Shown here: piece by piece, positions 22,768 through 29,939 of the stretch
Numbering within the stretch: position 1 is the stretch's first letter
Layout of the letters: the number at the start of each line of letters is the position of its first letter
NCBI GenBank assembly: GCA_029260765.1
Contig: JAJDCP010000004.1
Coordinates: 1-29,939 of the forward strand
Reading direction: 5' to 3'
From: Planctomycetota bacterium
GTDB lineage: Bacteria; Planctomycetota; J058; JAJDCP01
Length of the DNA: 29,939 nucleotides
Made by a program: the position numbers and the translations under genes
The notes under the pieces: generated by a model
Told to the model about the DNA's origin: nothing
What the model saw: only the letters and a program-made list of their open reading frames with translations
Database searches by the model: none

Positions 22768-25565
22768 GCCGGTAGCTTCCGGATGCGCACCACCGTATCG
22801 TTGAAGGACTGTTGCCCGGTAAGGTAATCCGGCGCGATGGGCAGGATGGAGTTCTGCGCCCAGCCGTTGCCGGTATTGCGTTTCCACTTGCGACGATCTC
22901 CGCCCGAGTCGTCCTGCCACCACATGTTGCGTTCCCAGTCCTGATCGCGCAACGCAGCGGGTTCCATCCCCTGGCTCTGGCTTCCCAGCGGCGCGTCCTT
23001 GCGTGCCTGGGCGACGCGGGTGTATTCGCTGTGGCCGAGGCTGTTCGAGATCGCGATCGCACGCGGATGCACTCCCCGCGTGACGACCACCGGGATCTGC
23101 AGCTTGCGTTCGAGCTCTCCGCTGCCGAGTCCCAACCCGGAGAGCCTGGCGTCCACGAATTGCGAGCGGGAGCCGGTGATCTCGACCCAATCGCCGTTCT
23201 CGATGCCGAGGCGCGCCGCGGTGTCGGGGTGCAGCCAGGCCGGGTTGCTGTGCACGATCTCCGAGCACCACTTGAGGTTGGCGGTGCGGCCATGGTTGTG
23301 GACGTTCCATTTGAAGCTGGTCATCACCAGCTGGTCATCCTCGAGCTCGAGGTGCTCCTGGATGGGAACGTACTGCGGCCAGGGGCTGACCTCATAGCTG
23401 TACGGACGATGGCTCTCGGGGCGGTTCTTGCCCTTCGAATTCGCACGCGCGATCAGCTCAGAAACATCCTCGTTGCGGGCGACCTTGGCGACGAACTCCG
23501 AACGCACCTCGAGTTTGCGGCTCGGGGTCTTGAATCCCCGCACCGGCTTGCCCTGGAACATGATCCCTACGCCCAGGCCATCCTTGCTGATGATGGCTGT
23601 CTCCGGGTCCACCACGGCACCCTGCATCACATCGTCGGAGAGCTCCCTCAGGAACGGCCGATGGTAGCTCTGCAGCTCGGGATCCTCGAAGGCGCCGACC
23701 TTCTCCATGAAGTCCCAGGCATCCTTGTAGCGCTCCGCGTCGAAGGGAATCGTCTCGACAGCCTGGCGCATCGCGTCTTCGGTGCTACGCTCCGCAGGGA
23801 ACCACTGCTCCATACCCTGGCCCACCCGGCGCGCGAGCTCGGGGAAGATGTCACGCACATCGCGCGACTCTCCGAGCGGAGCCATCATCGGTCGACGCAT
23901 GCCGATGTAGGGCTTGAGGTTGTAGGCCCCGCGTGCGTCGACGTCCCAGCGTTCCAGGTAGGTCGTCCAGGGCAGGACGATGTCGGCGAAGCTGGCGGTC
24001 TCGTTGAAGAACGGGTTGATGCAGACATGGAAGCCGATCTTCTGTTCGTCGAGCAGCACGTTGCGCGTGACGTCGATCTCCGGCCAGGTCAGCGGGGAAT
24101 CGAGATTGTAGGTCATGTAGACGCGGATCCGGGCGCGCTCCTGCTTCAAGTACCAGTAGACGATCTCTCCCACCTTCATCGTGTTCCAACGATTGGCCAG
24201 CACGAACTCCGGAGGATCGGCGAGCAAGGACGGCGTGGTCGGCTTCGGCGCGCTCTTCGGCAAGGTCACGTAGCGGGCGTCGTAGCCGCCGGTGTACATC
24301 CAACACCAGCCGCCGGGATGCCCGACGCTTCCCACCAGGACGTTGAGCAGGCCGATGGCCCGATCATTCCAGTAGCCGTTGTGATGGGCGCTCGAGCCGC
24401 GGTTGCACATTGTTGTGGCTCGTGGCGCAGCCGCGGCGAATTCGCGCGCGATCCGTGCGATGTCGGCAGCGGGCACGGTGCTCTGCTGTTCGGCCCACGC
24501 GGGTGTGTAGGAAGCCAGCTGGGCTGCCAACTCAGCGATACTGCAGTTGGCCCAGGCAGTAAAGAATTCGGCGTCGTAGAGTTTCTCTTCCACCAATACG
24601 TGTGCCATCGCCAGCGCGATGGCGCCATCGGTGCCCGGCGCGGGCATGAAGAACTCGTCGGAGTTGCCCGCCGTGTTCGACATGCGCACATCGAAGGTCA
24701 CCAGCTTGGCTCCGTTCTCGAAGCGCCCGCGCTGGACCCGCTGCGCGCCCGCCACATGGCCTTGATGCGCCTCGAACATGTTCGACCCGAAGTTCAGGAT
24801 GTACTTGCTGTGTTCGTAGTCGCCCAGGTCCCAATCGGACTCGAACAGGTAGGTGAGGTTCGCCGCCCGGCGGGCCGCAGAGCAGAGACCTCGATGGTTC
24901 AAGTGCGTGTTGGTGCCGAAGGCGCGCAGAAACGCGGCCACGGCATCTTTGCTACGGCTGCGACCCTGATGGAAGGCGAACTCCTCGTGCGCGCCGTCCT
25001 CGCGCACGGCCCGCAGCCGTGCGGCGATCTCGTCCAGAGCTTCATCCCAGGAGATACGCCTCCACGTGCCCTCACCCCGCGCCCCGACCCGCCGGATGGG
25101 ATAGAGCAGGCGCTCCGGATGGTACAGATGGTTGAGCCCCGCCTGCCCGCGAGCGCAGAGGCGCCCGCGCGAATTGGGATCGGCCGGATTGCCCTCGATC
25201 TTGATCACCCGGCCGTCTTTGACGATGCCGGTGATGCCGCAGACCGTGGAGCACAGCTGGCACATGCCGTGGATGCGCTCGACGTTCTTGTATTTGTCCG
25301 GGTCTGGAAAGCGTGTCTTCTTGAAGGGGCCTGGCAGAAGGCAGACTCCTGGCATCTTCAGCTCGGTCAGCTCATAGGGCGTGCCCGCGCGCCTTCGCCA
25401 GGTGCTCAGGTTCTGCTCGCGGGTCGGCTTGACGAAGGGCTTCGAGCCAGAGGGCTCGCCTGTATCGGTCGTGGCGCAGCCGCCCAGGCCTCCGGCGAGC
25501 AGGGCCGCGCCCAGGCGCAAGAGGCCTCTGCGTGTCAGCCCAGAGGATTCAGGGGAGGCCGTCAC
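22764..25565 (-). CDS. Molybdopterin (bis-MGD) oxidoreductase catalytic subunit, DMSO-reductase superfamily (Psr/Phs/Ttr/Arr-like), Tat-exported
   Basis: GTG start at 25565 overlaps the stop of the FeS-subunit gene (GTGA), with GGAGGAG 5 nt upstream. Twin-arginine signal MTASPESSGLTRRGLLRLGAALLAGGLGGC, with a possible lipobox LGGC. An N-terminal [4Fe-4S] motif C-x2-C-x3-C-x26-C (CQLCSTVCGITGIV...RGRLCARG). The 933-aa length is typical of MopB catalytic subunits. There is no in-frame TGA, so it is not a selenocysteine formate-dehydrogenase type. Confidence 0.8.
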   Translation of the reverse strand: MTASPESSGLTRRGLLRLGAALLAGGLGGCATTDTGEPSGSKPFVKPTREQNLSTWRRRAGTPYELTELKMPGVCLLPGPFKKTRFPDPDKYKNVERIHGMCQLCSTVCGITGIVKDGRVIKIEGNPADPNSRGRLCARGQAGLNHLYHPERLLYPIRRVGARGEGTWRRISWDEALDEIAARLRAVREDGAHEEFAFHQGRSRSKDAVAAFLRAFGTNTHLNHRGLCSAARRAANLTYLFESDWDLGDYEHSKYILNFGSNMFEAHQGHVAGAQRVQRGRFENGAKLVTFDVRMSNTAGNSDEFFMPAPGTDGAIALAMAHVLVEEKLYDAEFFTAWANCSIAELAAQLASYTPAWAEQQSTVPAADIARIAREFAAAAPRATTMCNRGSSAHHNGYWNDRAIGLLNVLVGSVGHPGGWCWMYTGGYDARYVTLPKSAPKPTTPSLLADPPEFVLANRWNTMKVGEIVYWYLKQERARIRVYMTYNLDSPLTWPEIDVTRNVLLDEQKIGFHVCINPFFNETASFADIVLPWTTYLERWDVDARGAYNLKPYIGMRRPMMAPLGESRDVRDIFPELARRVGQGMEQWFPAERSTEDAMRQAVETIPFDAERYKDAWDFMEKVGAFEDPELQSYHRPFLRELSDDVMQGAVVDPETAIISKDGLGVGIMFQGKPVRGFKTPSRKLEVRSEFVAKVARNEDVSELIARANSKGKNRPESHRPYSYEVSPWPQYVPIQEHLELEDDQLVMTSFKWNVHNHGRTANLKWCSEIVHSNPAWLHPDTAARLGIENGDWVEITGSRSQFVDARLSGLGLGSGELERKLQIPVVVTRGVHPRAIAISNSLGHSEYTRVAQARKDAPLGSQSQGMEPAALRDQDWERNMWWQDDSGGDRRKWKRNTGNGWAQNSILPIAPDYLTGQQSFNDTVVRIRKLPA

Positions 25566-26416
25566 TCCTGCTCCTCCGGCTCTTGCCAGTTGAACACATC
25601 GTAGGCCTCCGGGCCGTAGCTCTGCCCCTCACGGGGAACCTTGGGCTCCACCACGGAGAGGGGCCGCGCGCTGTCGGTCACAAAACGCACGCGAGGCTTG
25701 GCGCGTTTCTCAGGCCGAAGGACCTCCAGCCGGGCCTCCGACTCGAGCCGTTGCGCCATCTGTGAGATGTGCGCGTCGGGGTCGTTCAAGTCGCCGAAGA
25801 TCAGCGCCTCGGCGGGGCAGGTCGCCACGCAGGCAGGCTCCATGCCGGCATCGACGCGATGCGTGCAGTTGTGGCACTTGACTGCCTGGTTGGCGACCGG
25901 ATCGATGTAGATCGCTCCGTACGGGCAGGCCTCTTTGCAGGCGGCGTGCCCGGAGCACGCGTCGTAGTCGACCTGCACACTGCCGCCGCTGCCTTTGTGC
26001 AGCGCCCCGCACGGGCAGGCCTTGATGCAGGGTGCATCCTCACAATGCAGGCAGGACATCGGCAGCATGATGCGCGCGACCTGCCCTCCTGGGCGCTCGA
26101 AGTCATGGTAGATCGTCTGGCGGATGAACTGCCCCAGCGGGACGTCGTTCTCCGCCTTGCAGGCCACCTCGCATGCGTGGCAGCCAAAGCAACGGCGGAC
26201 GTCGACCAGCCAACCGTAGCGTTTGCCATCATCGGACGCCTGCATCCTGTCACGCCAGTGGGCTTCGGGCAGCGCCGGAGCCTGAGCGACTTCCTGCGCG
26301 GCTGCAGGGACCCCCGAGACTGCGAGCCCCGCCGCCAGGGCTGCCTGCTTGAGGACATCGCGGCGGGTTGAAGAGTCTGGTTCCGGATGGTTGTTGGGGT
26401 CGGTCAGATCCGTCAA
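25562..26416 (-). CDS. Four-cluster [4Fe-4S] ferredoxin-type electron-transfer subunit (PsrB/TtrB/DmsB-like) with its own Tat signal
   Basis: TTG start at 26416 with GGAG 6 nt upstream; no alternative start lies before the Tat motif. Twin-arginine motif STRRDVLKQAALAAGLAVSGVPAAAQ. Four Cys clusters: CFGCHACEVAC, CLHCEDAPCIKACP, CSGHAACKEACP and CHNCTHRVDAGMEPACVATCP. There is no C-terminal TM anchor. Confidence 0.75.
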   Translation of the reverse strand: MTDLTDPNNHPEPDSSTRRDVLKQAALAAGLAVSGVPAAAQEVAQAPALPEAHWRDRMQASDDGKRYGWLVDVRRCFGCHACEVACKAENDVPLGQFIRQTIYHDFERPGGQVARIMLPMSCLHCEDAPCIKACPCGALHKGSGGSVQVDYDACSGHAACKEACPYGAIYIDPVANQAVKCHNCTHRVDAGMEPACVATCPAEALIFGDLNDPDAHISQMAQRLESEARLEVLRPEKRAKPRVRFVTDSARPLSVVEPKVPREGQSYGPEAYDVFNWQEPEEQE

Positions 26417-26487
26417 TTGCAGCTCCTGCTTCGGTTCCCCGTCAGGTCGTCACAGGTTACGAACCGCCCAACGGTCGCGCAAGTTCC

Positions 26488-26508
26488 CCCAGAGCCGTCC
26501 GTGACAAG
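26488..26508. promoter_or_regulatory. Perfect 8-bp inverted repeat CCGTGACA-aggaa-TGTCACGG in the divergent intergenic region
   Basis: It lies in the 200-bp divergent region between the Mo-oxidoreductase operon (start 26416, minus) and the CoA-binding protein gene (start 26616, plus). The dyad symmetry is typical of a dimeric transcription-factor operator. The 5-nt spacing between GTGA and TCAC-containing arms is not the CRP/FNR TGTGA-N6-TCACA spacing. Confidence 0.4.
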
Positions 26509-26615
26509 GAATGTCACGGGGCGCGCTGGCCAAGAAACGAGGAATCGATGTTTGACCTCCACGGCCGCAGAGGTTTCGATGGAGAGACATTCACCCCATG
26601 CAAGGAGCAGATGCG

Positions 26616-27884
26616 ATGGCTGCCTTTTCGAGTCTCTTCGAGCCGCGTAATGTCGCGGTGATCGGCGTCTCTGAGAACCCACGTTCCACGGGCTTCGTGG
26701 TGCTCAAGAACATCCTGCACGGCGGGCTCTACGCCGAATACCCCGATGGTTTCCTCGGCGAGGTCTACGCCGTCGGCGCGGCTCAGAGCCCGATCCTCGG
26801 CGCACACCCCCTGGCGGATATCGCTGCCCTGCCCGACCAGGTCGACCTGGCGGTCTTGTGCGACGATGCTGCCAAGGTACCCGAGCAGCTCGAACAGCTG
26901 GCCGCCCGCGAGGTCCCCGTCGCCGTTGTGCTGGCCGCCGCCGACGCCGACGCTGCGCAGCGCATCGGGCAGACTGCGGCCGAGCATGGCATCCGCGTGC
27001 TCGGGCCTGGCACCCATGGCGTGATCGCGAACACCCGTCAGCTGAACGCCAGCCTCTGTCCGATGCGGCCCTACGCCGGACGTATCGCGCTGCTCGCCTC
27101 GCATGGCTCGGTGATGAACAGCTTCCTGCAACACAGCCATGACGAGAACGTCGGCTTCTCGTTCTACCTGTCCTGCGGCCAGACCGCGGACATCAACGAC
27201 ATCGAGCTGCTCAAGGCACTCGCCGACCACCCGATGGCCAACTGCGTCGCCTGGTCGTTTGGGCAGGCCGGCGAGACGCCCGCCGTCGTCGAGGCGGCCC
27301 AGGCGGTGCTGGCCAAGAAGCCGCTGGTCTACCTGCGCGCGGGGCGTGCCGAGGGTGCAGAGCTTGACAGCGCTCTGCAGGGTCTGGGCGCGTTTGCGAC
27401 CCAGAACCTGGCAGAGTTCGTCGACGCCGCGCGGGCTTTGTCGACGATGCCGAGCGCCGCGAGCAACAAGATCCACTTCGTGACCAATGGCGGCCCGTTG
27501 GATCTGGCCTGCGACACCGCGCGAGAGATGGGACTCGAAGTCTGCGGCTCGACCGACCTCGGAGCGATGGCCACGCGTGAAGAGTTCCGCGCTGCCCTGG
27601 CTCGGGCCGACGAAGACCCGCAAGCAGCGGGTGTCTGCGTCATCCTCTCGTTCCAGCCGGGTTCGCCTCCGCTGCCGATCGCCGAAGTCATCGCCGACTG
27701 GGCTGAGGGGTGCCTGAAGCCGGTCACGGCTTCCTGTGTGGGTCTCGCCGGCCAGCCCTGCGAGGACCACCTCGACATCCGCGGCGTGCCCGAGTACGAG
27801 TTCCCGCACCGTGCCCTGTTTGGCATGAAGGCGTTGGTGCATCGCGGCAGCTATGCGCCCGCGGCTGTCTCCTCCGAAGAGTAG
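26616..27884 (+). CDS. CoA-binding domain protein (NDP-forming acyl-CoA synthetase alpha-like: CoA-binding plus succinyl-CoA-synthetase-like domain, no ATP-grasp)
   Basis: ATG at 26616 is 8 nt after AAGGAG (the ORF opens at 26598). The product MAAFSSLFEPRNVAVIGVSENPRSTGFVVLKNIL... has the CoA_binding_2 signature (R-x-V-A-V-I-G-x-S), followed by a flavodoxin-like ligase-CoA domain (GIRVLGPGTHGVIA). The ~420-aa length lacks the beta/ATP-grasp half. Confidence 0.65.
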   Translation: MAAFSSLFEPRNVAVIGVSENPRSTGFVVLKNILHGGLYAEYPDGFLGEVYAVGAAQSPILGAHPLADIAALPDQVDLAVLCDDAAKVPEQLEQLAAREVPVAVVLAAADADAAQRIGQTAAEHGIRVLGPGTHGVIANTRQLNASLCPMRPYAGRIALLASHGSVMNSFLQHSHDENVGFSFYLSCGQTADINDIELLKALADHPMANCVAWSFGQAGETPAVVEAAQAVLAKKPLVYLRAGRAEGAELDSALQGLGAFATQNLAEFVDAARALSTMPSAASNKIHFVTNGGPLDLACDTAREMGLEVCGSTDLGAMATREEFRAALARADEDPQAAGVCVILSFQPGSPPLPIAEVIADWAEGCLKPVTASCVGLAGQPCEDHLDIRGVPEYEFPHRALFGMKALVHRGSYAPAAVSSEE

Positions 27885-27890
27885 CGCGGC

Positions 27891-29405
27891 TCAGCTCTCG
27901 CGACGTCCGGACGGTCGCTGCTCGGGAGCGCGCGGCCGCTTGGCCGCGGGGCTCTCTTTGCGCGGGACTGGCCGGCCGAGGCCCGGCACCGCCCTCTTGC
28001 TGGCAGGCGCCCTGGGGGCCGGTCGGGGAGCCAGGCCCTTGGCGGGCGGCTTCACCGCTGGGCGTTTGTCAGGCGTGCGGACGGCGTGCGCTTCCGCCGC
28101 TCGGGCGGGGCGCGTGGCCGGCGCGGGCTTGGCCGGCGCGGGCCTGGCCTGCTTGGGCTTGGCCTGCTTGGGCGCTACGCTGCCGCGCGCAGCGCGCAAC
28201 AAGCGCTGGACCAGACGGACGATCTCGGTGGTGGACTGGTCTCCGATCTGGATTCCCTGTGTCACCCTGAGCACCTCCGCTGGCGAAGTGATGCCCGCGA
28301 CCGCCTTGAGCCAGGCTTCCTGAAACAACGTCTTCCAGCCTGTAAGGCGCGCCAACCTGCGCAGGATCTTCGAACGCGCCTCATTGGCGATCGCGGCCCG
28401 CACGCGCTCGTCGACAGCCAGGACCTCCATCACCGCGCTGCGCCCCTGGAAGCCCGTGTTCTTGCAGAAGACGCAACCCGCGCTGCGGAACAGCTGGATC
28501 GTTTCCTTGTCGATGCCGGGCAGCTTCAAGGGTTTGCGGCATTCGCACAGCTTGCGCACGAAACGCTGAGAGACCACACACTGCAGGGCTTCGGCGACCT
28601 TGTAGCCCGGCAGCCCCATATCCTTGAAGCGGCCGATGGTGCCCAGCGCATCATTGGTGTGCAGCGTCGACAACACGCGATGGCCTGTCGACGCGGCCTG
28701 TAGAGCGATCTCGGCTGTTTCTTGATCACGGATCTCCCCGAGCATGATGATGTCGGGGTCTTGCCGCAGCAGCGCACGCAAGATCACGGGGAAAGTCAGG
28801 CCGATGTCGGGATTGACCTGGGCCTGCAAGATCCCTTCGCGGATGAACTCGACCGGGTCCTCGACGGTCACCATGTTCAGGCCGGGCCCGTTGATCGCCT
28901 CGGTTGCAACGTACAGAGACGTCGACTTTCCACTCCCCGTGGGTCCGACGTGCAGGATCAGGCCATGAGGACGCTGCAGACAGACGCGGTAGCGCGCGAG
29001 TCCCTGCTTCGAGAATCCCAGCTCATCGAGCTTGAAGCCCATCTTCCGATGGTCGATCAGACGCATCACCGCCTTCTCGCCAGCGATGCCCGCGGTGACG
29101 TTCAAGCGCACATCGAGGCCCTTGACCTTGACATCCTTGATGAAGTCGTAGGCGTGGAAGCGCCCGTCCTGCGGGAGGCGCCGCTCATTGACGTCGAGCT
29201 GGGCCATCACTTTCAGTCGGGCGAAGACCGCCGACACGTTCGCATCGGCCAACAGATCGAGCCGCTCGAGCGTCCCATCGATGCGCCCGCGCACACGCAG
29301 CGAGCGACCCGCGTGCTCGACATGGATATCGCTGGCGTTTCGTTGGAAGGCCTCGAGGAGCCATTTGTTGACCCGCTCGCCGGCATCGAAACCTGGACTA
29401 CTCAT
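27891..29405 (-). CDS. GspE/PilB-family secretion/pilus-assembly ATPase with a ~95-aa Lys/Ala/Pro-rich histone-H1-like C-terminal extension
   Basis: The ORF runs 27891..29753. The likely start is the ATG at 29405 (MSSPGFDAGERVNKWLLEAFQRNASDIHVE...), which would put the MITE-like element outside the coding region. Walker A VGPTGSGKSTSLY, Asp box, His box (STLHTND) and a tetracysteine motif CECRKP...CVFCKN. The tail runs APKQAKPKQARPAPAKPAPATRPARAAEAH...KRPAVKPPAKGLAPRPAPRAPASKRAVPG...KRPRAPEQRPSGRRES. It is convergent with the CoA-binding gene with a 6-bp gap. Confidence 0.8.
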   Translation of the reverse strand: MSSPGFDAGERVNKWLLEAFQRNASDIHVEHAGRSLRVRGRIDGTLERLDLLADANVSAVFARLKVMAQLDVNERRLPQDGRFHAYDFIKDVKVKGLDVRLNVTAGIAGEKAVMRLIDHRKMGFKLDELGFSKQGLARYRVCLQRPHGLILHVGPTGSGKSTSLYVATEAINGPGLNMVTVEDPVEFIREGILQAQVNPDIGLTFPVILRALLRQDPDIIMLGEIRDQETAEIALQAASTGHRVLSTLHTNDALGTIGRFKDMGLPGYKVAEALQCVVSQRFVRKLCECRKPLKLPGIDKETIQLFRSAGCVFCKNTGFQGRSAVMEVLAVDERVRAAIANEARSKILRRLARLTGWKTLFQEAWLKAVAGITSPAEVLRVTQGIQIGDQSTTEIVRLVQRLLRAARGSVAPKQAKPKQARPAPAKPAPATRPARAAEAHAVRTPDKRPAVKPPAKGLAPRPAPRAPASKRAVPGLGRPVPRKESPAAKRPRAPEQRPSGRRES

Positions 29406-29694
29406 CGTGTGTGTACCTTTCCGCAGGTGCGTTGAGCGCATCGTAGCAAGTACGCGCGGAAAACACCGTTCCCTCTTCCCGAGCTTGCCCCTTGGCACGC
29501 CGGAGGCACCGCCAGGGACACACACGGAACCCGCGCAAGAGCTGGTGGCTGCTGGTCGGGCTCGGGCTTGCCGGGGCACTGGCGTCGGGGCCCGCCGCGC
29601 TGCGGACATTGGCACCTTTCCAGCGAGGCTCCTGGTCGGATCCTTCAGGCCTGGTCCATGCCTTCGAACTGCTGAGAACCGCCTGTAGCGGCGG

Positions 29695-29932
29695 TCTATG
29701 AGAGGCTGTCTCAGGGAACGAGATTTCGCCACACAGTCGCTTTGGCTTGTCATGTAGGGGCGGGGTTCACCCCCGCCCGCGGGAGGAGCGAAGCGTCAGA
29801 GTCTTCGAGGTGTAAACCCCTCCCCTACAAAGAGAAAAGTCGGTTTTCCTCCCCGAGTCGCAGGGGCATGAGATTGTCTTCAGCAATCAATCGCACTCCT
29901 CCAAACGTCCCGTGAGACAGCCTCTATGAGAG
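29695..29932. mobile_element. MITE-like small element: 13-16-bp terminal inverted repeats flanked by a 10-bp direct repeat, with a GC-rich internal hairpin
   Basis: Left end tctatgagag|gctgtctcaggg (29695-29716); right end cccgtgagacagcc|tctatgagag (29911-29932). AGAGGCTGTCTCA (29701-29713) is the exact reverse complement of TGAGACAGCCTCT (29913-29925). TCTATGAGAG occurs directly at 29695-29704 and 29923-29932. The interior (~210 bp) has no ORF. An 8-bp-stem hairpin GGGCGGGG-ttcac-CCCCGCCC lies at 29758-29778. The element sits just upstream of the ATPase gene and reaches the window edge. Confidence 0.35.
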
Positions 29933-29939
29933 CGCCGCT

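Noticed and set aside
22768-23310. N-terminal 180-aa extension of the TorD-like ORF
   Set aside because: It lies entirely within the 3' end of the catalytic-subunit gene in another frame. The ATG at 22767, overlapping the upstream stop (ATGA), gives a chaperone of canonical size.
22764-25565. Selenocysteine-containing formate dehydrogenase (FdnG-like) interpretation of the catalytic subunit
   Set aside because: There is no in-frame TGA near the FeS or Mo-ligand region. The FeS partner lacks the C-terminal TM helix of FdnH, and no FdnI-like cytochrome b gene follows.
22812-25604. 930-aa plus-strand ORF mirroring the molybdopterin oxidoreductase gene
   Set aside because: It is a mirror ORF of a gene with a Tat signal, an FeS motif and translational coupling to its neighbours. 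Its translation is low-complexity.
26488-26508. CRP/FNR-type binding site interpretation of the GTGACA/TGTCAC dyad
   Set aside because: The half-site spacing (5-nt centre between 8-bp arms) does not match TGTGA-N6-TCACA or TTGAT-N4-ATCAA. It is retained only as a generic operator candidate.
29406-29753. 116-aa N-terminal extension of the GspE/PilB ORF
   Set aside because: The extension is Arg/Pro/Ala-rich, lacks PilB N-domain features, and would run into the MITE-like element. The internal ATG at 29405 gives a canonical ~500-aa GspE-like protein.
1-29939. CRISPR arrays, rRNA or tRNA genes
   Set aside because: No regularly spaced identical short repeats with unique spacers were seen. The tandem repeats at 51-440 are degenerate and of unequal period, with no cas genes nearby. 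No cloverleaf-like or rRNA-like conserved segments were recognisable by eye.

Overview
This is a high-GC bacterial chromosomal segment with compact prokaryotic gene organisation. Shine-Dalgarno motifs, ATGA/GTGA start-stop overlaps and a few TTG/GTG starts are visible. I found no rRNA, tRNA or CRISPR array. About 20 protein-coding genes can be supported; the long ORFs antisense to them are typical high-GC artefacts.

The supportable content, in window order:
- A bacterial major vault protein (MVP) homolog, divergent from a yceH(DUF480)-pseudokinase pair.
- A TPR sensor histidine kinase, an acyl-CoA mutase large subunit and a basic-tailed membrane protein, apparently in one operon.
- A tyrosine-recombinase N-terminal fragment next to an AT-rich repeat island and a fragmented FG-GAP gene.
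- A tightly linked two-gene module whose second product is a ~1400-aa protein with an N-terminal Thr/Ser/Pro tandem repeat and four C-terminal hemopexin-like (YFFKG) blades.
- SRPBCC and GNAT genes.
- A translationally coupled molybdopterin-oxidoreductase operon: Tat-signal FeS subunit, Tat-signal catalytic subunit, TorD-like chaperone, with no membrane anchor gene.
- A CoA-binding (NDP-forming acyl-CoA synthetase alpha-like) protein.
- A lone GspE/PilB-family secretion ATPase with a histone-H1-like Lys/Ala/Pro C-terminal tail.
- A ~240-bp MITE-like element at the right edge, with inverted termini flanked by direct repeats, and complex tandem repeats at the left edge.

The best candidate for something new is the two-gene module with the giant hemopexin-repeat protein. 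The vault-protein locus and the H1-tailed ATPase come next.
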